From Fibrobacterales bacterium (GTDB lineage Bacteria > Fibrobacterota > Fibrobacteria > Fibrobacterales > JAOPTW01): DNA of 64,000 bases. The stretch lies in assembly GCA_051532055.1 (NCBI GenBank), contig JAOPTX010000047.1, forward strand, positions 32,907-96,906. The letters are read 5' to 3'. This document shows, in pieces, positions 41,410 through 51,661 of this stretch. The notes below the pieces were generated by a model, which did no database searches, was not told the DNA's origin, and saw nothing but the letters and a program-made list of their open reading frames with translations. Made by a program: the position numbers and the translations under genes. Every line of letters begins with the position of its first letter. The stretch's first letter is position 1.

Positions 41410-42246
41410 ATGGCAGACCATAATAAAAATCAAAAAAAAGCAACAGTAACCTCATCACTTAAAATGGGGGAATATGAAAAAATTTATAATGAAGACATTG
41501 AGTTGATTCGTGCTGTTACCAGAGACAAATATTATGCTCCTCTTTTCTCTATTGATATCTATTTAGAAGAGGCTGAAGGATACCTAGCGGTAATTAATAG
41601 AAGAATGGAGCAACTGAAAGCTGAAGGGTTTAAAGATAAGCACCTCGATACATTTTATCGTAGAATTGCCTCAGCAAGAACTGCTCAGGCAAATATGGCA
41701 ACCCATCATACTACTGAGGAGGATGGGCTTTCGTGGGACGTATTGTTTCCCGAAGCTGAAAAATTGCGCAAGCGCCTACTCAAACGCATTAAACTTGTTT
41801 GTAAAGGCAACCCGCAAAAAGCGATGATTGTTAAAAATATTTCAAGCGGTAATAGAATCAGTGATACCATTCAAGATCTCTTTGAATTAGCAAAACTTGG
41901 TGAAACAGTAATGGACGGTTTACTTGAGTATAATGTACATGCGGATGAGTTGTACAGAGCAAAAGAACTCGTATCAATTCTCGGACGGTTGCATAAAGAA
42001 AATACGCTGAATAAAGGAGTGCATTCAGATTCTCGGATGATTCGCGACAAGGCCCTGACCCTTCTTAATGATTCTAATGTCATCATTAAAGAATATGCTG
42101 ACCTTGCTTTTGGCGATGATAAAAAGATTATGGATGAATTTCGTAGTGCTCATTCTCGTCAAAAAAATAAAAGTAACGGAGTACCAAAAACAGTTAAACC
42201 TACCAGTGATAATTCAATAGATGAGGAGGAATCAGAAGCTGTGTAG
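41410..42246 (+). CDS. Uncharacterised all-helical cytoplasmic protein
   Basis: AAGGA RBS, 278-aa ORF, amphipathic helices, acidic tail. Confidence 0.75.
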   Translation: MADHNKNQKKATVTSSLKMGEYEKIYNEDIELIRAVTRDKYYAPLFSIDIYLEEAEGYLAVINRRMEQLKAEGFKDKHLDTFYRRIASARTAQANMATHHTTEEDGLSWDVLFPEAEKLRKRLLKRIKLVCKGNPQKAMIVKNISSGNRISDTIQDLFELAKLGETVMDGLLEYNVHADELYRAKELVSILGRLHKENTLNKGVHSDSRMIRDKALTLLNDSNVIIKEYADLAFGDDKKIMDEFRSAHSRQKNKSNGVPKTVKPTSDNSIDEEESEAV

Positions 42247-42373
42247 TGTAATACTGATATATGATTAATCCACCCTTAAAATAGCAAGGGATCACGTATA
42301 ATAATGACCCCTCATATTTGAGCGATAGTATCGCTTGAGGGTGGATACTATCGACATGCAGGAAATCCCCCTT

Positions 42374-42390
42374 ATGTCAACAAATGTCAC
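42374..42390 (+). repeat. 17-bp direct repeat, copy 1 (ATGTCAACAAATGTCAC)
   Basis: Identical to 45437-45453. Confidence 0.75.
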
Positions 42391-42538
42391 TTAAATTCAA
42401 TTTAGGTCCAAGTTGATTGGAAATGATGCATTTTTGGCTAAAATAACCAGATTGCCATATGGAATTGATATTACTTATGGTGTGTTGCAGTAGTTTACTA
42501 TTTTTCCTATCTTTGGTATAGAATTCAAGGGGTGAACT

Positions 42539-45064
42539 ATGCAGCTTAAAATACTCATTTTTCTGTTAACACTATTATCGGTGACATTAACCTCATGTAT
42601 TGGAGACACTGGATCTAATACGGATCTATCAAAAGATCAAAATTCAAATATTAATATGGATGAGATTGAAAATGTTACTCTTGAGCTTACTATTCTTCTT
42701 GGATCTATTGAAATTGATAGTATCTATGTTGAATATCTATTAGACTCAACTACTATAAATAATGAAGAAGTATCATTGTCAAGGCCGATGAATGGTGAAG
42801 TCAATATTGAGTTACAGATAGAAAAATTCATTGCAACAACATTAAGTTATCGATGCTATAGAAGTGGGCAATTAATAGGTTCAATGGATGAAAATCTGTT
42901 TTTATCAAGTGATACTACTATTAAAACAACAATGGATCTATTTCCTATTTCCTTTTTTGCTGGTCGTGATACTGTAATGATGATAGGTAATAGAATTAAA
43001 TTTGTTCCTCAATTAGATGATGAATCGCATCAAGTTGTTTATCGTTATGATCATTTTGGCACAGGTAACTTCACAGAAGAAAGTCAATCCTTTTACAATA
43101 AGGAAGGTGTGTTTATTGCTGTAGTTAGTGTGTTTGATGGCTACCATACAGTAAAAGATAGTGTGACAATAACTGTCGAAAAGCCTGTTTTTAGTGGAAT
43201 TAATAGTAGTTCATCTTATCAGGCACCAGATATTGTACCTGTTTCCTCGAACTCTAGGATAATTGAGAACAATGATGAATCTTCTATGGATCATTTTTCT
43301 AGTTCTTCTCTAATGGAGTTAGATGATTCTATATCTATTGCTCTGTCTGCTATTTCTAGCGGGGGTGTTATAAGGTTTGCAATAGGTAATACTTTGAATC
43401 GGAACGTTATAATAGGTCAGGATGTAAATGTGAAAGCGACTCCTGACTCTGGATATGTATTCAAAGGTTGGAGTGGGGGTGAATTTATTGATCTAGTTTC
43501 AGAAGAGAATACCGTCACTTGTGATGCTGACTGTGTAATAACAGGGCAGTTTGTACGCGTATTCTCATTGTCGTACAATGCAAAGGATACTGAGGTTGGA
43601 TACCCTCAAGATAAATATGGAATTGAACATCAATCATCTGTGCGACTTGGGGGTGATGTAACTCAATTGAAAAAAAGTGGGTATTCATTTGATAAATGGA
43701 TAGACCAAGATGGTAATGAATATGAAATTGGCGATGAACTTCTTATGCCTGAAAAGGATTTGGTAATTACAGCTGTTTGGTCTGAAAATCCAACCTATGG
43801 AATAATATATTCTGCCCCTAGTATTACGTCCGGGAGTGTTCCAATTGATAATGCTCTTTATGAAGAAAAAGAACTATTTGCCGTTCTTGATAAGGGAACG
43901 ATGGCAAAAAGAGGATATGTTTTTTCTCATTGGTTGGAAAGTGTAACTTACACTGTTGGAAAACCATATGAAATGCCTGCTGGTGGAATTACGCTGACGG
44001 CTAATTGGGTTTCTAGGACAAATACAGTAACATTTAGCAAAAATGATGGTGGATCTGTTGCCGTAAAAATAGAGTATAAAGCAACAGGGTCAATTTTACC
44101 TCCAACAGGCATTACAACACCAACTAGAACTAGTTATCTGTTTTCTGGTAATTGGTGTGTCGATGAGTCATGCAGGAAAATGTGGGACTTTAACAATGAT
44201 ACAGTCAATTCTGATACAGTACTTTATGCTCATTGGGTTCAAAAAACTGTTACGAATATTACACTGAATAAAAGTATTGTACATCATATGACGGTTAATG
44301 GTAATGAAGAACAACTAGATGCATCACTGGAACCACTGGACCTATTAAATAGAAACGTACTATGGCGTTCGTCAAATACAAAAGTTGTTACAGTTGATGC
44401 AAGTGGGAAAGTAAGTGCTGTTGGTATTGGCTTTGCAAGTATATCTGTTATAGCTGATGATAATAACTCATATATAGCTGAATGTGATTTTACTGTCGAT
44501 TCACTATTAGATGAAAGGGACAATCAGGTGTATGGCGCAGTAGCGATTGGTACTCAAATTTGGATGTCTGAAAATCTTAATTTTGCATCCAGTAGAAGTG
44601 TATGTCACGGTGGTCAAGTTGAAAATTGTGATAAGTACGGACGATTATATACTTGGTCAAGCGCTATGAATATTAGCCAATTATGGGATAATTCAAATTA
44701 TACTAGTATACTCGATGATTTTCAGGGTTCCTGCCCAGTCGGCTGGCATATTCCTACTGATGATGAATGGAAAACAATGATAGATTTTGCTAAGCAAAAT
44801 GCTCCAGCAGGTGAATCACTCTTAGAAGTTTTGAAATCAACTACTGGTTGGACAAAATCGACGCCGGGTACTGATAGATTTGGTTTTTCAGTATTGCCGG
44901 CCGGAAATGATCACTGTATTGTAGATTATCGATGCGCTGATTTCTGGAGTTCTACCCAATCAGGAAGTGTGTACGCTAAAGAAAGGGATTTCACTCGTGA
45001 TATTGAGCGAGCAGAGGGGTATATTAAAACAGCACAATATTCTATGAGGTGTGTGCAAAACTAG
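42539..45064 (+). CDS. Lipoprotein with InlB B-repeats, Big_2 and C-terminal FISUMP (Fib_succ_major) domain
   Basis: Lipobox LTSC; KSGYSFDKW...ITAVW repeats; DERDNQVY..V.IGTQIWMSENLN, YGRLYTW, CPVGWHIPT, FGFSVLPAG, SMRCV. Confidence 0.9.
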   Translation: MQLKILIFLLTLLSVTLTSCIGDTGSNTDLSKDQNSNINMDEIENVTLELTILLGSIEIDSIYVEYLLDSTTINNEEVSLSRPMNGEVNIELQIEKFIATTLSYRCYRSGQLIGSMDENLFLSSDTTIKTTMDLFPISFFAGRDTVMMIGNRIKFVPQLDDESHQVVYRYDHFGTGNFTEESQSFYNKEGVFIAVVSVFDGYHTVKDSVTITVEKPVFSGINSSSSYQAPDIVPVSSNSRIIENNDESSMDHFSSSSLMELDDSISIALSAISSGGVIRFAIGNTLNRNVIIGQDVNVKATPDSGYVFKGWSGGEFIDLVSEENTVTCDADCVITGQFVRVFSLSYNAKDTEVGYPQDKYGIEHQSSVRLGGDVTQLKKSGYSFDKWIDQDGNEYEIGDELLMPEKDLVITAVWSENPTYGIIYSAPSITSGSVPIDNALYEEKELFAVLDKGTMAKRGYVFSHWLESVTYTVGKPYEMPAGGITLTANWVSRTNTVTFSKNDGGSVAVKIEYKATGSILPPTGITTPTRTSYLFSGNWCVDESCRKMWDFNNDTVNSDTVLYAHWVQKTVTNITLNKSIVHHMTVNGNEEQLDASLEPLDLLNRNVLWRSSNTKVVTVDASGKVSAVGIGFASISVIADDNNSYIAECDFTVDSLLDERDNQVYGAVAIGTQIWMSENLNFASSRSVCHGGQVENCDKYGRLYTWSSAMNISQLWDNSNYTSILDDFQGSCPVGWHIPTDDEWKTMIDFAKQNAPAGESLLEVLKSTTGWTKSTPGTDRFGFSVLPAGNDHCIVDYRCADFWSSTQSGSVYAKERDFTRDIERAEGYIKTAQYSMRCVQN

Positions 45065-45206
45065 AATTAGGGTATCAACAAACATTAATTCGAGGATCAA
45101 TTTTACCCCGTGCGAAGCACACCCCACATTACAACAGCGACCTTGCAAAACACGATTATCCTATGACCTATTAATTGCCCCAAACGTAATTATAAGGTTA
45201 AAACGC

Positions 45207-45427
45207 AACCAGGTGCATGATGATATTTTATACTCAGTCATTGAGAAACCAATACTTTCATAAGAGGTACAGCGCAGTATCACCTGGTTCAGGTGTACAA
45301 AGCATTTGTAATGAAGCTCTCGGCAGAGTGCCTTTTGTCCAGCCTTTGGGGTACCCAAAAGATCTGGTCGCGTTCGGGCCGATGCCCGAGAGCTATCTAA
45401 ATTGAAAGAAAAGAAAAAGCAACGCGA
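45207..45427. other. Palindromic intergenic element (REP/MITE-like or structured RNA)
   Basis: AACCAGGTG/CACCTGGTT, AGCTCTCGGCA/TGCCCGAGAGCT, TTTGGG/CCCAAA, TCGCGTT/AACGCGA. Confidence 0.4.
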
Positions 45428-45436
45428 AGCCCGCTC

Positions 45437-45453
45437 ATGTCAACAAATGTCAC
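45437..45453 (+). repeat. 17-bp direct repeat, copy 2
   Basis: Identical to 42374-42390. Confidence 0.75.
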
Positions 45454-45756
45454 CGCAAAAACAATCCCCCAATAACAACCCTTCGCAAAACAGCTCCCCT
45501 AGATATAGTTTATAAGGTAGAAACACTAAAAAAACCAACACTCACAACAAAAACACCTATTAAGATCCAAAAACCGCATTTATAAATATGAAATAGGCAT
45601 AAAATGCATCAAAAGTAACCCATAGGCACTCTGATTCTATATACATTTAATACACTGTATATCGTACAGAGCACCAACGTTGGGACACTACAAGTGAGTT
45701 GGGTATTAGAATAGACGAGGGACGCTATTCTATTTAAATAGATTACGAGGGGATTC

Positions 45757-48273
45757 ATGCACTATAGAATCAAGCACACTCTAAAAAGCATTTTAGTACC
45801 ATTCATTATCAGTTTACCTGTAGCGACCTTTGCTGGTCCGTCATCTCCGGATATTACCAAAGTACCTATACCAATCATGGATGAGCACCCAGGTTGGATT
45901 GATATGTACTATCGGACTTTTGAGCTCTCATTCAAAAATGTATTACAAAAGCAACCCGGTACCATTTTCATCGATTACTTCATGGATGAAGGTTTTAATG
46001 CTAATATCTTTCAATGGGATACCAGCTTCATGATGATGTTTGGTCGGTACTCAAATGGTGAACTTCCGTCTATTGTTACCCTCGAAAACTTCTATATGAA
46101 TCAATATGCAGATGGCTGGATTTCACGAGAGCTTAAAGAAGATGGCACCGAGTCCTATTGGCCGAAAGATGGCACTGAAACAAATCCAGCTCTAAAGCGT
46201 AGAGAGAATTGCTCTATAAACCCGCCACTCTTTTCATGGGCCGAGTGGTCTGATTATCAGATTAGTGGTGATAAAACTCGTTTTACTAAACCAATGACAG
46301 GTCCACATGTTACCGATAAAACAATATTTGATGTGTTGGCAGACTACTTCTATTGGATTAAAGATAATAGACGTCATGATAGCGGACTGTATTGGTCTAC
46401 CTCTTATGCTAATGGAATGGACAATAACCCAAGATTATTTCTCACTGGGGTCACGCATGGTTCAGGTTTAGAAGGGGAGGCTATAGTAAATGGCGTTTGT
46501 GATCACCTTGATGCGAGCTGGATAGATATCACCGCTCAACAAGCGCTTAATGCTTTTTACGTTGCAAAAATTGCGGGTGAGATCGGAAATACCGAACGCC
46601 AAGCAGAATTTGAAAAAGAACACGCTGAACTCGCTCAACTTATTAATGATAAGATGTGGGATAGTAATGATAACTTTTATTATGATATAGATAGGGAAGG
46701 GGAGTTCGACCCCGTTCGTACCCCAGCATCTTTTTGGACAATGATTGCGCGTGTATCAAACGAAGACCAGACTCAAAAAATGGTGGATCATATTGTTGAT
46801 CCAGAAGAATTTTGGACACTCCACCATATTCCTACAGTATCAAAAAGTTCACGAGGGTATGAATCAGATGGGGGTTATTGGAATGGCGCAGTATGGGCTC
46901 CAACCCTCTATGAAACAGTGAAAGGACTCGAGGTACAGGGTCATAAAGATCTTGCGAAGAAGGTGTCAGTTAATCACATTCAAAATCTCTATTGGGTGTA
47001 CGTAGATTCAAACTCATTATTCGAAAACTATCACCAAGAGAGCGCCCATTCTGGCTTTAAATCTAAAAAAGACTTTGTCGGCTGGACCGGTGTCGGCCCA
47101 ATAGCCTGCCTCATCGAAAACGTCATGGGCTTTCACGCCTTTGGTCCGAGCGACTCACTTGATTGGGACTTAACTCTTGCAGAACACCACGGCCTCGAGA
47201 ACTTTAAGTTTGGTGATAACACTGTTACCATCACTGCCGAAGACCGATTAAACAGCGACGCAGGAGCAGTGGTAACGGTAACTACTGATAGCCCCTTTAA
47301 ACTCCATGTCACTTTAGCAGGGACCGAATATATCCATGAACTCCCTGCAGGTGAAACTGAGTTGATGATTGGTAAACCCAATGCCCAATTAACTGCTATT
47401 CCTATTATCCACAAAGCAACAAGATCATATGGGTTTGGCGCTTCAGGTGATGAGACTGCTCGCTATCAAACCTTCAAAGCAGGGAAGGGGACTATCCTTG
47501 CAGGTGTTGATGTTAAAATACGTCGATTAAATGGATGGAATCAAAGTGATGTGACGGTTGATCTGTATGCTACCTCTGGTGGTAAGCCAACAGGGAACGC
47601 ATTAGTTGAGGGGACAATTGGACAAGCAGAAGTGGATAACTTCTTTGTGATTATGCATGCGGGTATGGAGTATGATGGGTTGGTTGAAGGAACCGAGTAT
47701 GCTATTGTACTGGGTCAGAAAACTCCAAAAGCTGATAACTATGAGTGGGTCAACGGTGAAGATGTTGACTCTGGACTTTCTTTTGGTAAAGGCGATGGCG
47801 CCGGGAGCTGGACCGATGAGTCTGCACTCGGTGATGCGTGGATGAAGGTATATGCAATTGATACTTCTATAGAGCAGTATAGTTTTGCGACAGAAGAGTC
47901 TTCGTCAGAATCTTCTGCAGATGAAAGTAGTGCGGATGTTTTGAGTAGTACGGAGGTGAGTTCAGGAGAAAGTAGTGCGCTATCATCAAGTTCTGATGGT
48001 ATTGACGATTCATCTTCTGAAGATGTCGAATCTTCTTCGAGTACCACACCACTTTTTAATAGCGGAAGTGTTTCTCAGAAATTTTCAGCAGTGCAGGCAG
48101 TTAATAACCTTGGCACGGGCGCGCTTCAGTTTCAGGTTCCCTCAAGTGTAACGACTCTAAAAGTATTTACGATCCATGGTGCATTGCTATTACAAAAAAG
48201 TGTTACGGCTCAAAGTCACATCGCACTTACAGAAGAGCTTCCTCAAGGAACGTTAATCGTTTCCTTTCAATAG
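45757..48273 (+). CDS. Secreted (alpha/alpha)6 glycoside hydrolase (GH63/MGH1/trehalase-like) with accessory domain, Ser-rich linker and T9SS-like tail
   Basis: IFQWDT, NPPLFSWAEW, NGMDNNPR, YWNGAVWAP, FENY, DFVGWTG; tail LKVFTIHGALL...LPQG. Confidence 0.82.
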   Translation: MHYRIKHTLKSILVPFIISLPVATFAGPSSPDITKVPIPIMDEHPGWIDMYYRTFELSFKNVLQKQPGTIFIDYFMDEGFNANIFQWDTSFMMMFGRYSNGELPSIVTLENFYMNQYADGWISRELKEDGTESYWPKDGTETNPALKRRENCSINPPLFSWAEWSDYQISGDKTRFTKPMTGPHVTDKTIFDVLADYFYWIKDNRRHDSGLYWSTSYANGMDNNPRLFLTGVTHGSGLEGEAIVNGVCDHLDASWIDITAQQALNAFYVAKIAGEIGNTERQAEFEKEHAELAQLINDKMWDSNDNFYYDIDREGEFDPVRTPASFWTMIARVSNEDQTQKMVDHIVDPEEFWTLHHIPTVSKSSRGYESDGGYWNGAVWAPTLYETVKGLEVQGHKDLAKKVSVNHIQNLYWVYVDSNSLFENYHQESAHSGFKSKKDFVGWTGVGPIACLIENVMGFHAFGPSDSLDWDLTLAEHHGLENFKFGDNTVTITAEDRLNSDAGAVVTVTTDSPFKLHVTLAGTEYIHELPAGETELMIGKPNAQLTAIPIIHKATRSYGFGASGDETARYQTFKAGKGTILAGVDVKIRRLNGWNQSDVTVDLYATSGGKPTGNALVEGTIGQAEVDNFFVIMHAGMEYDGLVEGTEYAIVLGQKTPKADNYEWVNGEDVDSGLSFGKGDGAGSWTDESALGDAWMKVYAIDTSIEQYSFATEESSSESSADESSADVLSSTEVSSGESSALSSSSDGIDDSSSEDVESSSSTTPLFNSGSVSQKFSAVQAVNNLGTGALQFQVPSSVTTLKVFTIHGALLLQKSVTAQSHIALTEELPQGTLIVSFQ

Positions 48274-48364
48274 GAATCGATCTGGCTCAATGGGTTCAGC
48301 TCTTACACTCATAGACTAATCTTACTATCTTTGGTAACGATGAGTCTATGAATGAGAGCACACT

Positions 48365-49516
48365 ATGAACCCTTTTATTTACGAAAACCCTACTAAAATT
48401 ATATTTGGTCAAGACCGTTTTGATATGCTTCCCCATGAGATTGCGCCCTATGGATCGCGTGTATTGCTCTTGTTTGGTGGTGGTTCTATTAAGCAGAATG
48501 GACTCTATGATACTATCAGTACATTACTGAGCAAAGCGGGATGTACCGTTGTTGAACATGGTGGGGTTCAGGGAAATGCCCGACTCTTTCATGCGGAGGC
48601 AGGAGTGCAATTGGTTCGTGAACATAAGCTCGACCTTATTCTTGCAGTAGGCGGTGGATCAGTAATCGACGAAGCAAAATCAATCTCTGCAGGGGTACAG
48701 TATACGGGCCCACTCTGGGATCTCTATTCGGGCAAAGGAACGGTAGGCACCACTATCCCCGTCATTGCCATACAAACACTCCCTGCGACTGCTTCAGAGA
48801 TGAATGGCATTACCGTCTTGACTCATGACACAACCCTCGCAAAGCGCCCCTTAGTGACCCAAGGGGTGCTCAATCCTAAGGTATCATTTCTCGACCCAAG
48901 CACCACCTTTTCACTTTCTTCAAAACAGACCGCTTATGCCGCAGCCGATATTATCTCTCATTGCACCGAAGGCTATTTTACAACAACGGCGGCAGCACTC
49001 AGACCTCTTGATGGAATAATTGAAGGGCTGGTACATTCAGTTATCTCTTCCGTAGCAGATATTCAAAAAAATCCCAATGACTATGATGCACGAGCAGCAA
49101 TGATGTGGAGTGCAACTATGGGATGGAACGGAATTACACAAGTAGGTATTCCTGGAATGTCTTTACCCTGTCACGCCCTCGAAATGCCTCTGAGTGGTAT
49201 TCACGATATTGCTCATGGTGCAGGACTCTCAATGGTGACACCTCATTGGATGCGAATTTTCGGCACGCTCTATAGTAATCGAATCATACAATTTGGCGAA
49301 CGGATTCTTGGATTGATGAATCCGACTATCAATCAGGTCGCCGATGGTCTTGATGCACTCTACAGCACTATTGGTGCGCCACTACATCGGAGTGATGTTG
49401 GGGTGTCAGAGATAGATATTGATGCGTGTAGTAGTGATGCCATTGCGTCATTGGCGTCACGAGGTGTTGTAGGATATGAGAAGGATAAGGTTATAGCCCT
49501 TTATAAAGAGCTATAA
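48365..49516 (+). CDS. Iron-containing alcohol dehydrogenase (YqhD/Bdh-like)
   Basis: NPTKIIFG, GGGSIKQNG, AVGGGSVID, TLPATASEMN, D..SH, HALE..LS, HGAGL. Confidence 0.93.
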   Translation: MNPFIYENPTKIIFGQDRFDMLPHEIAPYGSRVLLLFGGGSIKQNGLYDTISTLLSKAGCTVVEHGGVQGNARLFHAEAGVQLVREHKLDLILAVGGGSVIDEAKSISAGVQYTGPLWDLYSGKGTVGTTIPVIAIQTLPATASEMNGITVLTHDTTLAKRPLVTQGVLNPKVSFLDPSTTFSLSSKQTAYAAADIISHCTEGYFTTTAAALRPLDGIIEGLVHSVISSVADIQKNPNDYDARAAMMWSATMGWNGITQVGIPGMSLPCHALEMPLSGIHDIAHGAGLSMVTPHWMRIFGTLYSNRIIQFGERILGLMNPTINQVADGLDALYSTIGAPLHRSDVGVSEIDIDACSSDAIASLASRGVVGYEKDKVIALYKEL

Positions 49517-51556
49517 TTTATTTAGCACCGAGTTCATTGTGGTATTTGCAATATTGTGAGTCATAATTTCTCGATAATGAGACCCAATGGACCCAATAGT
49601 ATAGTTATTACACTGTGAGGTGAGTTTCATACCTAGCTGTATAAGCCATTCAGCTTCATGCGTCTTTCCTACTTCGGTGCACTTACTGGAAAATACTTCA
49701 AATTGTTCATGGAGCATTGTTGACTCACACTCGTGTAATTGTTGGTTAAGAAGTATGATGTCTTGAATAAGGTCCTCTGAAGGGGGCTGAATGGGATCAT
49801 GAACTGAGGAATTGATCTCTTCAGTTAAAGACTGCTCTGTACTGGATGCACATTTACTGTGTTGTTGATTGATATGAGGGGTGGGGAGGTTAGGCAGGGT
49901 TACGGTGAAAGTAGAGCCTTCATTGATAGAAGACTGTAAGGAAAGGGTTCCTCCCATTAACGAAACCAGTTTTTTGGTAATGGCAAGTCCGAGCCCAGTA
50001 CCTTCTATCTCGTTTAATTCACTGGATTCAGTTCTAGTAAATACATCAAAAACCGAATCCTTATCATTGTCTTCAATACCACATCCAGTATCTGCAATGA
50101 CAATGGTGAGGGTTGTGGTTGATGCACTACAAGAATGAGTCGTCACAGTAACACTTACGAAACCTTGATTGGTAAATTTTATAGCATTGGTAATGAGGTT
50201 TATGAGTATTTGACGGAGGCGAAGTTCATCTATCTTTATAATGTCGGGATGTACTGTTGTTGATGTAATTGAAAAATCAATATTTTTCGATTGAATAGTG
50301 TGAAAGAGCATGACCTCAAGGTCGTCAAAAAAGTGTGTAAGACTACATGGTATAGGGGTAATAGCGAGTTTTCCAATCTCAATTTTTGAAATATCAAGGA
50401 TATCATCTATGAGTGAGGTAAGAGCACTACTACCCAGTCGTATATTGTTGATATAACCCATGATCTTTGGATCTGGAGCATGTTTTGCTATAAGATCGGT
50501 AAAACCGACAATAGAGTTTATGGGAGTACGAACCTCATGACTCATGTTTGCCAGAAAAAGACTTTTTGAATGATTGGCTGCAAAAGCTTCTGCTGTTTTG
50601 ACTTCAAGTTCTTTGGTGCGTTCTACAACTTTCTGCTCAAGTCCTTCTTTTAACGTATGGAGTTCGGAGTTAATCATAACCATTTCGGAGATGTCAGTAA
50701 AAATAGAAGCAAAAAGACCCTCTTTGGGAGAGTATGCCCATACATCAAAATATTTGTTGAGCTCCCTACTAAAATTTGAAAAACTTAAGGTCGTGTTGGT
50801 GAGGGTTATATGACCAAAGGTGTCAATCCAATATTGTTCGGTATTTGGGAGGACTTCTGTGATCCTTTTACCAATAATATCAGATCCTTTAAGTCCCGTT
50901 ATCTTTTCAAAGGCGGGGTTTACATCAACAAATCGATAATCGGTAGGCTGGCCTTCATCGTCATAGATCATTTCATGTATTGCAAAGCCCGATTGAAGAT
51001 TCGAATAGAGTTCTTCATAATCAAGGAGGTAAGTTTCAGCTTTATTCTCAATATCTCGTTGGGTGGTAATATCTTCAATACAGACAAGCTCTAGTTCCTC
51101 GGACTTGTTTGGTAAAATATGGGTCGTTATTTTAAGTTGACGCTCTTGAACACTGTGAGTGGTCGTAATCCAGAGGGTGGTCTCTTGTTGCTTTTGAGAT
51201 ATTCTATTTTCGAAAGTCTGCTCAACAATTTTTCGAGTAGCGCAGTCTCGACATTGAGGTGCAAATCCACAACCCAATTGGCTACTGGTTGCATAGACGC
51301 ACTTGAATGCTTCACCACCTCTCAAACCAATGAGGTTTCCTTCAGGGGTGCCGGTAAATTGAGCAAAGGTTCTATTCGCTCTTACAATCCTACGATCCCG
51401 GTTGACGATAATACTCATGGTGGGGGATGCCGTAAAGAGTACGTCAAATTGAGATTGTCGCTGGTTATTCTCAATGTTTTTTTTGCGGTACGACCATACC
51501 ATAAAGAGGAGCCCTGCAGTTGTAGTTAAGATTACGGGAAGAATGAAAATTATCAT
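49511..51556 (-). CDS. PAS-domain sensor histidine kinase
   Basis: Two PAS domains (the first Cys-rich), [28 protein letters not shown]; start likely ATG 51556. Confidence 0.9.
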   Translation of the reverse strand: MIIFILPVILTTTAGLLFMVWSYRKKNIENNQRQSQFDVLFTASPTMSIIVNRDRRIVRANRTFAQFTGTPEGNLIGLRGGEAFKCVYATSSQLGCGFAPQCRDCATRKIVEQTFENRISQKQQETTLWITTTHSVQERQLKITTHILPNKSEELELVCIEDITTQRDIENKAETYLLDYEELYSNLQSGFAIHEMIYDDEGQPTDYRFVDVNPAFEKITGLKGSDIIGKRITEVLPNTEQYWIDTFGHITLTNTTLSFSNFSRELNKYFDVWAYSPKEGLFASIFTDISEMVMINSELHTLKEGLEQKVVERTKELEVKTAEAFAANHSKSLFLANMSHEVRTPINSIVGFTDLIAKHAPDPKIMGYINNIRLGSSALTSLIDDILDISKIEIGKLAITPIPCSLTHFFDDLEVMLFHTIQSKNIDFSITSTTVHPDIIKIDELRLRQILINLITNAIKFTNQGFVSVTVTTHSCSASTTTLTIVIADTGCGIEDNDKDSVFDVFTRTESSELNEIEGTGLGLAITKKLVSLMGGTLSLQSSINEGSTFTVTLPNLPTPHINQQHSKCASSTEQSLTEEINSSVHDPIQPPSEDLIQDIILLNQQLHECESTMLHEQFEVFSSKCTEVGKTHEAEWLIQLGMKLTSQCNNYTIGSIGSHYREIMTHNIANTTMNSVLNKL

Positions 51557-51661
51557 AGAGTACCTGCAGGTGTGTTCTTTGAAATATACGTATAAAGAGA
51601 GAGTGTATAGAGTTTGAATTGGGGTAAGCATATTTTTATACTCTATACACTCTGCATTGGT

